This document shows positions 49,474 to 61,590 of a DNA stretch of 64,000 nt, one piece after another. Source of the DNA: Marsupella aquatica (Eukaryota; Plantae; Marchantiophyta); contig OZ316897.1 in the NCBI GenBank assembly GCA_973895155.1, positions 15,375,375 through 15,439,374 on the forward strand, written 5' to 3'. The notes beneath the pieces are model-generated. The model was not told where the DNA came from. It searched no databases and saw only the letters and a program-made list of their open reading frames with translations. Positions within the stretch are counted from its first letter, which is position 1. Each line of letters begins with the position of its first letter. Both the position numbers and the translations under genes were made by a program.

Positions 49474-50604
49474 TTATTTTGTAGAGATACATGCATGAGA
49501 GTGACTTGTCATGCCGGAGCTTAGGGTAGGAAGAGGCAGCATAGGTTTAGAAGGGCGGACCTAGCATCAGATATTTCCCCCCTCTTGTCCATGTATAGGG
49601 TTCTTTGAAGCCCTATCATTTTGTTCATGCTTTTCCATTTTATAAAACAACAATTTTGCCTTCCACATTGGGTCCCAAGGAAAACCCCTCGCAAATAATG
49701 TATTGAATCCTCTGTGATCATAATTTTGCAAACCCTTTAAGAACTCATTCCCATCGCACAATATAAACCCCAAGGCGTCGCACTTTTTGAGTCAATTCAC
49801 TTCAGAACTTCACATCCAAATATGTCGGGTTTTTGTGATACTTCTAGGATCGCACTTTCCTAATCGAAACCGTTCACAAACTTCTGAAATCACCGGTATC
49901 ACTCTTTGTCATACAATCCCCATCAAAACAATTGAACTAGTATCTTTTGCAAATATGATGCGATGGTAAATCCTTCTCAAATATTGATGCCCGCGCGGGA
50001 CGTGTGCGTGTATGTTTGCGAACCTTATGCGACGTATAATGGATCGCACAAGTATTGAATCTTGCGAACCTCTCAGCTTCGCAGTTTGCCACATGTGGTG
50101 TTGCGATGCCGTTGCGATGGTCCGCATGCGAAGTTATTAGGTTCGCAAAGTGCGAAAGTGGTGCGATGCACGTATGTTTGCAATGGCCAGAATGATGAAA
50201 ATCAAGGGCTTGTTAGTTGCGATGAGATTGTCTTCGCAAAACCGGCCGATAGTGTTGTAGTGAACTTTCCAAATACACGCATTGATAAATTTATTGCAAT
50301 ATGGTGTCACTCATCTCCTCACGTTAACCGGGTATTGATTGCACTCAGTATTCTTTACTTTTACAAATTAATTCTCTCAAATCAGAATGCAAGTTCCGAT
50401 AAAATTATTGGGTTTGAGACAGAAAGTTTCCAAGCTTGTGAAAGGAATCATGTAAGACTTGGTATGCGTCTGGTATTCCCACTTCGAACGATGTTGTTGC
50501 TAACCATGGTTACGTCTCAATTAACTCAGGTTAGTGCGTGGTCAACCCACAACTACATGGTTGGGGTCCAAATTACCCATGGTTTGGACTTTGTGTTATT
50601 TTTT

Positions 50605-50783
50605 GAGAGGTATTTTCTTGATTGACCCCCAAAATGAACTTGTTACTTGATCAACCCCTGAGGTCTATCAACAGTCCAGATCTGAGATTGAAAGGTCCAT
50701 CAACAGTCCAGATTGGGGAAAAGTATAGAGGGGGTTGATTAAGCAAACTTTTTCCAGAAGGGGGTCTACTAAGCATATATCTC
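50605..50783. mobile_element. MITE-like fold-back element, same family as 22878-23059
   Basis: TTGATTGACCCCC...TTACTTGATCAACCCC and GGGGTTGATTAAG...GGGGTCTACTAAG arms; GGTCCATCAAC core. Confidence 0.5.
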
Positions 50784-51570
50784 TATAATTTGAAGTTACA
50801 AATATGGAGCACAATGCATGTATGATCGCTGCCTACATTCCTACGACGATGGAATGTTGCAAACATCATGTTTCACGAGTGGCCACCCAACTTATCAGGG
50901 TCTGAATTGCCTTAGAAAAAAACAGAATTGAGCTAAACGGGAAGTGTGTCACACTTCTAGGTAGGTCGGTCCAAAATTGTGTTATTATCAGTTAATTATT
51001 TCTATCTTCAAATGCTGCATATAAAGCCCGGATGGAATTAGGGATTTGTTTTGCCCATCCCCATGAACTCACCCATTATCTCATGAACAATAAAGTCTGG
51101 TGGTTTTGGAAGGACGTTTCATGCCCAGTTTCATGTTTGAGAAGAATGCCATGAGTAGTTTTTCCAGGCACCCGGACTAAGAGCATCTCCAACGGTGCCT
51201 CCAAGGAGCACCGTAAACAGCAAACCACCTACTAGCGGCCAGTATTTGGAGTTTTTAATCTCCAACGGTGTTGGCTTCCGTAAATTTATGGAGGAAGCCG
51301 CTACTTTTCCTCCCTCCACGCCGCTACTTCCTGGCAGGAAGGTGGTCGCCATTTGAAACCTGGCTGCTTGCCTGCAAATCGATCGACGACAAGAAAACGT
51401 CCACGCGGCACTCGCGATGTGAAGCAGTGCTCACGCCAGAATTCTCTAAATTTCCCGCTTGGACTGCCATGAACAGTGCTTCTCGTGGCCACACGGTGTT
51501 GTCGTGCAAAGCTGACATTTTGAGACTCACAAGAATTGCAATGAAATTCCGCGTACGAAGGTGTGCAAAC

Positions 51571-52581
51571 ATGGCAGCAAGTCGTGGGAAAAATTACGGT
51601 CCAGAGGAGCTCAAACAATTATGCTATAGTGTACTCCATGTGTCCCAAGATCCTTGCATTGGTGTAGGACAAAGAGCAGAGAGATTTTGGGACCGGGTGA
51701 CTGAGCATTACGAGAAGCACAAACAAAAGGGAACTGAATCGAGGGGTCGAAAATCACTGGAAGGGAAGTGGTCTGATGTGAAACACAATGTATCAAAGTT
51801 CATTGGATGTTTTCAACAAGTAGATGACCTCCAAATTTCAGGGACCAACGTTGATGACACTATGGTGAAAGCAAAGGAATTGTTCAAGCAGAACCATCCC
51901 AAAGGGAAATCTTTCTCTTTCGAATCTTGCTTCTGGATTTTGAAAGATTGTCCACGGTGGGGGAATCCAGCAGACAACATGGCAAAAGGAAAGGGGAGGA
52001 AATCAGCTGCATCCAAGGGCGACACAATAGAAAATGAGAACTCTAGCCACAGTCCCATTGTCATTGAGAATGGTGACAATGAAAGTGTTGAAAGACAGCA
52101 TGAAGAACGTGCTGAAGATCGGCAATGTGACATGAGGAAGAGGCCGGTGGGAAACAAGAGAGCCAAGGAAGATCACAAGCGAGCGAAGCTTGAACAAGAA
52201 GCAATGAAGATGGCTGCGAATGCCCAAAGGGAGATGGCAACTGCGAATCGTGATCGGGTCAAGACATTGCAAAACAATTCACTGATGAAGCTGCTTACAT
52301 TGCCTACGGACAACATGGAACTAGAGCTCCGTGATTATGTAAGACAATGGAAGTTAGAAGAGGCCAGAAAACTCAAAGCTCGGATGCAAACTACAGAACC
52401 TGCACAAAATCCACTTCCTAATTTTCCAGAGACCAGGGTTGACGATCCTGTTTTTGATGATAGCACAACTGACCAGAATGAAAACATAGGCGTAGCAGCA
52501 GACCATGTAGATTTTGAAGCAGAATTGCAGCCATGTGCACTTGGATTTTCTTTCCAGGGATTGTTAGCTAGCCAGTTGTAG
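51571..52581 (+). CDS. Harbinger Myb/SANT-like DNA-binding protein (336 aa)
   Basis: RGKNY..EELKQLC..VLHVSQDP..GVGQ..ERFWDRV...KWSDV, FSFESCFWILKDCPRW, RPVGNKRAK. Confidence 0.88.
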   Translation: MAASRGKNYGPEELKQLCYSVLHVSQDPCIGVGQRAERFWDRVTEHYEKHKQKGTESRGRKSLEGKWSDVKHNVSKFIGCFQQVDDLQISGTNVDDTMVKAKELFKQNHPKGKSFSFESCFWILKDCPRWGNPADNMAKGKGRKSAASKGDTIENENSSHSPIVIENGDNESVERQHEERAEDRQCDMRKRPVGNKRAKEDHKRAKLEQEAMKMAANAQREMATANRDRVKTLQNNSLMKLLTLPTDNMELELRDYVRQWKLEEARKLKARMQTTEPAQNPLPNFPETRVDDPVFDDSTTDQNENIGVAADHVDFEAELQPCALGFSFQGLLASQL

Positions 52582-53242
52582 TGTCGTGGGCATCACTCGA
52601 TCAATCTCGATGAATGCTGAGATCTATGTTTGCACATTGATTAATAAAAGTGATTCAAGTGTTGCACGAAACATTCCAGATTGCAAATCCACAAAGTGAG
52701 GATTCACATATAATTCGACCATTGCCCTACAAGAAAGAAAACTGCATTCTCAAGGCCTAGAGATGCTAACTAAGCAGTTTGTAAATAGTTGTAGTCTGGA
52801 CATTTTTGATTGGCTTGGATAGAAGTACATTGACATGAAAACAGATGAAATAGCCACCTTTCAGTGTCAAGCTTGAGCTTTTGAACCTGTATATGCAAGG
52901 TCGGAAACTTAGGTATCACAAAACATTACGTAAAATCTGAGTGAAAGTTACAAAAAGCCCGAGAGCAGAGACGAGAAAACAGATTTCCAGAAGCTAAGAA
53001 ATGTTCTCTACGGCAATTCGAATCAAAAAAGTTTCAATAAATATAATAAGGTTTACAAAATTGGAGGCCACGGCTTCCTGTTCCATACGGCCAAGCTATG
53101 AGCCATTCCGAGTCTTTCCCTACAACCTGCCTGGACAAAGTCTTGGACAAAACGGCCAGCCTGGACCCTAAAATTGGTCATTGAAGCTTGCTAATTGCTA
53201 AAGTTGCTAATTGCCAAATTGGTCACTGAAGCTTTCCGAAAA

Positions 53243-53536
53243 TCATTCTAAAACCCTAGATTTACGCTTCGGTGGTTTGCGCTTTGGGCTAGGGGGTGGC
53301 TTTGTGAAAACCACATAGCAATCATCACTCGAGGTAGATTGGTTGGTGCTGAGACGGTCCAAAAGTGCATCATCGTCATCAGTATCCTCCATCTCTGCCA
53401 TAACTTGAGCCTCCAGAGAATTTTCGGGCTCAAACTCCATGAGCTTCATCTCCAATGGTGCTTTCTTGCTTGCCTCCTTTCCTGTCACCTTTGCTGGAGG
53501 TGCCCATGGTTTGCCATTCTTCTTCTGCTCTTCCAT
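53243..53536 (-). CDS. Hypothetical 97-aa third ORF inside the Harbinger (acidic tract, C-terminal NLS-like motif)
   Basis: MEEQKKNGKPW...EDTDDDD...PKRKPPKRKSR; no recognised domain. Confidence 0.4.
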   Translation of the reverse strand: MEEQKKNGKPWAPPAKVTGKEASKKAPLEMKLMEFEPENSLEAQVMAEMEDTDDDDALLDRLSTNQSTSSDDCYVVFTKPPPSPKRKPPKRKSRVLE

Positions 53537-53901
53537 GTTTGATTGCCTCCTTGCAATGCTAATAATAAAAAAATTGTGGGTACGTCCTCTGGACCACCAA
53601 GTCAAGCACCAAAACAATTTGAGAGCTTCGAATTGGGCCTACAGGTTCAATTCCCGAGTTTCTCCCGAGTTTCATGTACCTGCCTCGACAGTATCTCCCA
53701 AGTTTCCTGTACTTCCAAATACATGGATTGAAGTTCAGTCAAGGTGGAAGCAAGTCAAATGTACTCTGTCTACCATGACATCATCACTCAATTCAGACCT
53801 GTGACTTGGTACCCTCAAGTCCCAAGGTAGTACTCGTGTGTTTCATTTAAGAAAATAAATGCAGGGTTGTGCAAGAAAAACTCCAAAGACTCACCTGAAT
53901 T

Positions 53902-55209
53902 TCAGTGATCAGAAAGACCAGACCCCTTTCTATTCCAAAGGTGATCAACAATGTCATTTCTTAGCCGAAAATGGTTAGCCTTGTTGTTAATTTCAGCTGT
54001 TGCAGCAAGGAACTCCAGCCATGGCAGATTTCCCCTATTCACTCTTGCTGCAGGAACCCTTAAATATGGAGGAAAATTCTCATCTCTCTCATCCTCAACA
54101 ATCATATTGTGGAGGATGACACAAGCAAGCAAAATATTTACAATGTTCTTTTCGTACCAAGACCTGGCAGGCCTCCTCACTATCTCAAATCTAGCTTGGA
54201 GGACCCCAAATGCCCTCTCCACATCTTTTCTTGCTGCCTCCTGACATCTTGCAAAATGCTTCAACTTATCAGACTGTGGCATGTGCACAGTGGATATGAA
54301 CATGGACCACTCTGGATAAATTCCATCCACCAGCAGATAAGCTCGTTTGTACTCTGTACCATTGACATGGAAACTGACATTGGCCGAATCATTATGCAAC
54401 CATTCATTTAGAAGTGGTGATCGGTCAAGCACATTCAGGTCATTATTACCCCCAGCCAGCCCAAAAAAGGCATGCCAAATCCACAATTCTTGATCAGCAA
54501 TTGCTTCCAATATGATGGATTTGTTTCTGTCCTTGTCGTATTGGCCTTGCCAAGCAACAGGACAATTCTTCCATGCCCAATGCATGCAATCCAATGAACC
54601 AAACATACCTGGAAAACCTCGCTCTGCATTAATTTGAAGGTGTCTTTCAAAATCTTCAGCTGTTGGCTTCCTCAAATAGTGACCCTCATACAACTCTCTG
54701 ATGGCTTTCACAAAGCGATACAAAGACTCTAGTGCTGTGCTTTCAGCAATTCTACAATACTCATCCAAAGCATCTGCTCCAAGTCCATAAGCTAATTGCC
54801 TCAATGCTGCTGTCAACTTTTGATGTGGAGACAATCCTACTTTCCCTGCAGCATCAACCTTGCGACAAAAATAAGTGTCGTGTGCACAGACATCAACAAG
54901 AATCTTGTTAAACAAACTACTGCTCATTCTGAATCTCCTTCTGAATTTTAATTCGTCATAGGTTGGTGCATCAGAAAAGTAGTCATTCCATAGGTCGTCT
55001 GCCCCTTTTTCTCTGCACCTCTCAACATTCTCACTTCTGCCTGGCCTAGACCCTCCGTGCTTTCTTTTCCTAGAGTGCTGGCCAATATTTGGAATGGAAA
55101 GGGTTCCACTGAACATTATCAACTCCCAGAATCTTTGTTCCTCATCACAATCCGCCGCCTCCTCCTCCAATTCTTCGTTGAGATCCGCCAGCCATCTTTC
55201 GAGGTCCAT
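53902..55209 (-). CDS. Harbinger DDE transposase (435 aa)
   Basis: FRRRFRMS, GSLDCMHW, LVDGIYP, DVERAFGVLQARF, ACVILHNMI; open frame. Confidence 0.95.
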   Translation of the reverse strand: MDLERWLADLNEELEEEAADCDEEQRFWELIMFSGTLSIPNIGQHSRKRKHGGSRPGRSENVERCREKGADDLWNDYFSDAPTYDELKFRRRFRMSSSLFNKILVDVCAHDTYFCRKVDAAGKVGLSPHQKLTAALRQLAYGLGADALDEYCRIAESTALESLYRFVKAIRELYEGHYLRKPTAEDFERHLQINAERGFPGMFGSLDCMHWAWKNCPVAWQGQYDKDRNKSIILEAIADQELWIWHAFFGLAGGNNDLNVLDRSPLLNEWLHNDSANVSFHVNGTEYKRAYLLVDGIYPEWSMFISTVHMPQSDKLKHFARCQEAARKDVERAFGVLQARFEIVRRPARSWYEKNIVNILLACVILHNMIVEDERDENFPPYLRVPAARVNRGNLPWLEFLAATAEINNKANHFRLRNDIVDHLWNRKGSGLSDH

Positions 55210-58200
55210 TCTGAACAGATGATCAATGTGCAGTCCAGGCTTGTCAGCACTGCTTCAATTTATCCCGATCAAAATGGATGAAGGTCATGGTCGCATGAAA
55301 GCGAAGGCAGCAAGGGCGAGCACACAACACAAATCACTTGAAAAAAATAAATGAAGTTGCACGATCGACATGCATTCTACGACGGAACCTCTGTTGCGTC
55401 AAAACGTGAGTCGAGGTCTCGTGAGGAGTCGAGGTCTGCAAGAAACAGAGGGTTCACTTCACACCAAAGTGAATCCAACGTGTGTGAGAATCCTCCCCAC
55501 AGCTGTGGGCCCCAGTTCGTACGCGCGCATATGGGATGGAGGTCAGAATGGGGTGTTGCCGTTGGGGATTGCGTTAAAGTAGGGTGACTCTCCATTTTGG
55601 CAGGCGCCATTTCACCTGCCATATGATGGGGATAGGGGCCACAAATCTCCAAACCGTTGGAGATGCTCAGTGTACCACTTAAATTTTACACAATGAAGAA
55701 GAAAGGTAACTGGCCAGTTGCTTTTGGAATGACATTTCACTTTTGAAAAGGATTCCCTGATTCCCTCATTGAGTTATATGTTAGTTTGTTTACTTGTATT
55801 GTACCACTTCACACACTCATCATCAGGGAAGAAAATATATCATGTTAAGTTGCTTTTGAATGATGCTTCACTTTTGAGAAGACGCCTCAAGTAGGTTTTA
55901 GGGGCCTTGAATCTGTTAGTTATTTTAGACTGATGTAGGACCACTCTCTTTACACGCTCAGGGAAGAAAAGTAACTTGTTGCTTTTGGAAAGAAGCTTGA
56001 CTTTTAGTTTTTGGTAGATTTGTACATCTAGTTTAATTTTGGCACCCAATCTCAAATTTTTCTAGCATTTTCTCTAATGTCAGCCCGAATGTCAGATCTA
56101 TTAGCTTACAAAGTTTGAGAGTTTTTTCTGAGATCATATTTTTAAAATTGCTCCATTTCCAATCATGAAAGATCAAATACTATAAGCCAACTACTAAGCT
56201 CTGACTGGAATGAGGAAAATTTTCCCAATTGACAAAAGAATGTGGGGTCTCAAACAAGTCTAATATCTCTAGTTATTATGAAGAGTTAAGAATGATTGTT
56301 ATGAGTTTCTAAATTTAGTCTGTCACTCCCTGTCCACACTATACTACATGTTTTCTAAGCATTTTGAGTACTTAACTACAATTTGGTAAGTCCCTCAGCA
56401 TCCAATAATAATCTTACCTTGGAAACATCTTTTCAATAAGCTTAATCTGGTCAATTTTTATTGAGAATATATTGAGTCACAAATTTCCAAACATGATTGG
56501 CTTGTCTTCTTTCCCCGCGCGCTTCTTGCCACATTTCACTCATCAGTCTAGTATGTACTATATGAGCATAAAAGGCATTTTTGTTGCAGTCCATTTGGGT
56601 GCAAAAATTGATCCAAGCATTTTGGCAAAGATGGTACTAGTCCATCTGGGCTTTATAATTTCTTGTTTTATTATTATCTTTATAGTATCACATTGATTTG
56701 AACGACTAACAAGACAAACGCTTATTTTTCCAGTCAGTTGTTTTTAGTGTCATTATGAGATGGTGTAAACATGGCTTGTCCTTTTTGTGTTGTGTCTAAA
56801 CAGTTCTAAACTCATGCACCTTGGCACCTTAGACACATCATGCCAAAAATGCAACTCAGATACCTTGCATATTCACTTGTATGTAATGCATTGCTAATAA
56901 ATATATATATACCAAACTGCCAGAGCAAGAGGCGCCCAACTGAGAGAAGTGATCCCACAGGCAAACAAATCAACCAAGGAGAGGTGACCAAAGGGCCTGA
57001 GGGATCCCGCCAGAAGCCCAGCACAACAACAGCCAGGATTATGCATACTTATTGGCAAACAGAAGAGCCTGATAGAGCTCCGACAAGCACTGTATGGGAG
57101 GGTCAAGCAAAAGAATCTGACTATAGGCCCTTAAATCTACCGCCTCACCCTTCAAAGAGTAGTGAATGTTTGAGCCCTCTAAAGTGTGAAAGACACCCAT
57201 TGTCTAAAGAAATTGTGATTACACGGTTTACCCTACAAAGACTAGTGAATGCATAAGTCCTCTTAAGTGCGAGAAACACCCGCAGTTGAAAGAAGACTAG
57301 AAGCCATGACTACTCTGTAAGGAAACTACAAGTCGTGATTACAGTCTAAAGAAGACGAGAAGGCATGTTTCACCCCTAGAAAGATAGTGGATGTGTTAAC
57401 CCTCCTTCACTCTAGAAAAAATACTGAATGCATGAACCCTCTCAAGCCCCACAGACACCCGTTGTAGAAAGAAGGAACACTAATGCAACGTATTTTTAAA
57501 AGTTTTTAGCCAGTGTTGCAAATGTCAGCAGCTCTAAGGGAGAAGATGTTGTTTTTAGTGGCAAAAATTTGCCAAATTCCACCTCCCCAAAAATCTTTGC
57601 CACTTTTGACTAAAATTTGCTACTATTTTGCTGTCTCATTAGCCGGTGTTCCACCTAATCCCAGGCCCCTTAGCCAGAATCTAACGGTCAGCCTTAAATC
57701 TAAGGAGATCTGATAGTCAGGAAAATAATTGAAAAGGGAATCTTTTGAGTACCTTCTCCTTCACACAGTGTACATTTCCTTAAAAAAAATACGCAGCCTG
57801 TTTGTAAAAAAGCAAAATCCTTAAAAAAAATAAGCGGCCTGTTGGTATGCTGTCTTTGTGAATGGAATTCTAAATGATCTTTCAAGGCAAAAAAGCCACA
57901 TACACCCAATGTATAAAGAAGGGACACAAGTACACTAGGAGGGACAACAGTGGAATGACACAAACATGGCACACACTTAATATCGGATTAATGACACGTC
58001 CAGTATCTCCTGAGGAGAAGTGTCGACACCACCCACAAAAGCTACTCCTCGACAGTACCGTCGCACACTAAAAAGTAATGGTGAGGATACACATGATAAT
58101 GGTGCTCCTCTCTTTTGTGTAAATGTGAGAGCATTCGGGATTTCATTCGCCAATTCACTGCTGCTATACTTCATTTACAGATTCTGTTTCGCGGGTTTTC

Positions 58201-58343
58201 CTGCTGTTGCTGCTCTTTCAAGATATTAGTGTGTCGGCCTCCATACCCTGATCAGAACAGATCTGCTGCAAGTGAGCAAGCAGCACCATAGCCTGAGACG
58301 ATCTGACCCACCCGTCGTTTCGTTCTTTGAACTGGCCACCGCA

Positions 58344-60368
58344 ATGTCTGCTCACGGGTCGGGTCTGCGAGCCTCCTGGCGCGAGGTCTCTCCCTTTCTC
58401 TCTCTCTTACTTTGAAGGCTTACTTTCTCAGATTGTGGCCTTTGATCTTGTTCTATTCTATGACTCTGCACGTTCGTCATTTATGCAATTCACCAAATTC
58501 TTGCACCATCTCGTCCTAGTTTTCTCTTACTCTATTTTGGAAGAGAGAGTTCTCGAACTCAAAGCTCGAACTCCCAAAATCGCAAAACTTTCGTCGGTTA
58601 TGACTCTTCCCGTGATGGAGCAAAACAGCAACAGAATGAAAGAGGACAGGAAGGGATGTAGTAGCTCTTGGAGCAAAAGAACTGGCATTAGGACTAAGTC
58701 ATATGCAGTAAATGTCTTCTAAAAGCTGGGGATGTGCCTGTGATTCTAGAACCTACGCAAGGGGAATGATTGTTGTTTTCTTGTTTCTGGATGAGCCTCA
58801 AATAGCTGTAGCTGTCGCTCAGCAAGCTTGAGGCACTGCTGAACGCCAACATCGACAAATCCAGCTCTTTATACCGGACATGTGTTATCATCACAGATTG
58901 ATACCCCATTGTGTAAAGTTTTATAGCTTCGTTGACAATTTTTTGTCTAACTGCTGAAACTCTCACGATGTCGTTCTGATTGACTTTCAAGTGAGAGGCT
59001 GGCGTTTTCTCTGAGTGACTCGGATTTCATATATTAGATAAGTAAATTGTTTGACGACGTGTATCCGGAGTGTAAAAAAAGGGTTTGTACAATTCCTCAC
59101 CGTGATGAATAGAGTTGTGCAAATTGATGTTGGGTGGAAATACGTCGCTTTGTAGGTAACGCAATCAATTGGGGCTCCCACTGCCCGGAGCTCTCATGCT
59201 GTGGCTGTTGTAGGCCACAAGGCCTACGTGTTTGGCGGAGAATTTGAGCCACGAGTTCCCATTGACAATTCGGTCCATGTGTTTGACCTTGAGAAACGGG
59301 CTTGGTCAATTGCTGAAACCAAAGGAGAGGCACCTATGCCACGAGTCGGGGTAACAATGGCTGCCATAGGCAAAGTAATCTACATATTTGCAGGCCGAGA
59401 TAAGGAGCATGAAGAGCTAAACGAATTCTTCTCTTTTGATACTGAGAGCGGAAAGTGGAAACTACTGTCCAGTGGAGATAAAAGCCCACCTCACAGGTAC
59501 GTAAATGTGAAAAAATGATTGGTCGGATATGTTCGGATCCAATTCGCTCAGCAAATACAGTAAGTGGATCTAGCATACAAACATGGATGCCTCAAGTCAA
59601 CGTGATGTAATCTTTTATTAGGGTGAAAGTTTTGAAGTACTCTGCTGTTTCATGTGAAGACTCTCATTTTACAGTTTCCTATGAACCTGGGCCGGAGTCC
59701 CACCTTGGTAGTTGAAGGGAGATCTGGTTGCGACCCTGATTGTAGCATGCTGATCGTCTGGCAGGAGCTATCATGCTCTTGTAGCAGATCAACACAAAAA
59801 GAAGCTATACACTTTCGGTGGCTGTGGCAAGGAGGGGCGCTTGAATGACTTGTGGGTGTTTGATGTACATTCTGGAAAATGGAGTGCTCTACCATCTCCA
59901 CCCCCTAAAAGCACTCTAGTACCACGAGGGGGCCCTGGATTGGCTGTTGTCAATGGGGCGGTCTGGGTTTTCTTTGGGTTCAATGGCAATGAACTCTCAG
60001 ATATGCACCGCTTTGATGTTGACAAGAAGTCTTGGGACCATGTTATAGCTCTTGGGGACAGGCCAACTGGAAGGAGTGTTTTTGGCACTGCTGTTGTAGG
60101 AAAGCACATTGTCATATATGGAGGGGAGGTAGATCCAAGTGACCAGGGCCATATGGGTGCAGGCTCTTTTTCGAATGAAGAATTTATCCTGGATACAGAG
60201 TCTCTGCAATGGAGCAGACCGGGACTGACAATTAAAGAAGGGAGGCATCCAGGGGCCAGAGGCTGGTATGCATCTACATCGTATGGGAATTCAATGCTGG
60301 TGTACGGTGGAAACTCGGATACCAACGATAGACTAGATGATATGTTTGTTCTTACCCTTGAAAGCTAA
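58344..60368 (+). CDS. Kelch beta-propeller, nitrile-specifier-protein-like, 328 aa; exons 58344-58385, 59156-59496, 59765-60368
   Basis: PTARSSH, FGGEFEPRVPID, PPHRSYH, FGGCG, PRGGPG, YGGEVDPSD, PGARGW, GGNSDTNDRLDD; GT-AG junctions in frame. Confidence 0.92.
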
Positions 60369-61590
60369 TTGATTTTAAACGGGGAGCTTATTGGATCATG
60401 GACAGGGTCTCTCAAGAGTAGCCAGCCTTGGACACCGCTGTAGAAATCTGCTGAGTGGCAAAGAAAATTTAAGAGTCAAGTGGAAGCCAGCACACTGATA
60501 CGAGTGAAGAACGAATTACATTGAAGAGAATTTAGTTTCATTGACTATGCAAAGTAGGGTTCGTTGTGCGTCCCGAGCTTCAGTGGCGGAAGAGCAGAGT
60601 TTTATGATCAAACCCTAAACTATTTCTGGCTAGGAGGCTACTACCAGTAGGCAACGAAGAAAAGACAGGATTGCTGTTTATGTATGTTTTTTTCTTGAAC
60701 CTATGATGAAGAAGTGCAAGAGCATCCTAAGGACTAAGTTCTGGACTTCAGCAAACGTCGCAAATGAAAGGATGTTGTTAAGTGTCACATTTTTCAACAC
60801 TGGTGTTCTTATTAGATCCACTGCAGTGTGTCAAGCCATGCAGACCACTTGAGCAGGTGACATCTAGGACGATGGTAAACCGCATTTACCATGTTGGGAT
60901 CCCCAGCTTTCAATGTAATTGAAGTGGTGTGCTTTGTTTTCACATAAAGAACAAATGCAGATTCATCGACCATCGTTTTGTATAAAACGATAAGATGCCC
61001 TCCCTCCAGGACCTCTAGCTGAGTTTCGGCTCCATTCTTTTACCAATGAAGGTTTTTTGGTAATAGGACAGCTTGAGACGCCTATGAATTGTCAACTTTC
61101 CCAGTCAAGAATCTGTGATAATTTTCCACTTCTAGCAATGTTCTTTTCATCCAATGCTCGTCAAATCTCTATTCAAAACGAGGTGTCTGCAAAGTCCGTT
61201 CATTGCGGAAGGATAAGACTGTTCTGCAATTTTGCACCTTCATCGTTACCAAGAGTCACAAGACAAGACGTTGTCAGGAGATATAGGAGTATTACAGAAC
61301 CCTCGAGTTTTGCCATGCGGCCAGAGGCAAGACAAACAGAAAACTACTGGAACTAAAACAACATCATTACATCTTGTAATCAGGGGAGGACGCCCCAAAG
61401 ATATTCTTGTGGGTAAGATTTAAATTTTAGAAACCAATAGTCAAACGGTGAAATTGCTAAGATCAAGTTTACATAAGACACGGACCTAGGAGTCATACAT
61501 ACTTGACAGCAACAACCACAAAAGTTGGCTTGAACCAGAACAAGTTTATCATTATCTTAAACCCCTGTTCAGCAGTGGATGTTGAAGCTT

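Larger units (their letters stand above)
44736..50262. mobile_element. CACTA transposon 2, right portion only
   Basis: Ends GTGTTGTAGTG (CACTACAACAC) at 50262; TCGCA/TGCGA subterminal motifs; TnpA-like gene; cut off at the CACTA-1 TIR. Confidence 0.8.
51181..55668. mobile_element. PIF/Harbinger DNA transposon (4488 bp)
   Basis: Perfect 16-bp TIRs GAGCATCTCCAACGGT; TAA on the left; convergent Myb/SANT-like and DDE transposase ORFs. Confidence 0.95.

Noticed and set aside
50505-50585. tRNA-like sequence
   Set aside because: No B box or cloverleaf.
51268-51570. N-terminal extension of the Harbinger Myb ORF
   Set aside because: Non-ATG start in subterminal DNA; homology begins at ATG 51571.
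56800-57660. 138-aa ORF and loose repeats
   Set aside because: No domain, termini or TSD recognisable.
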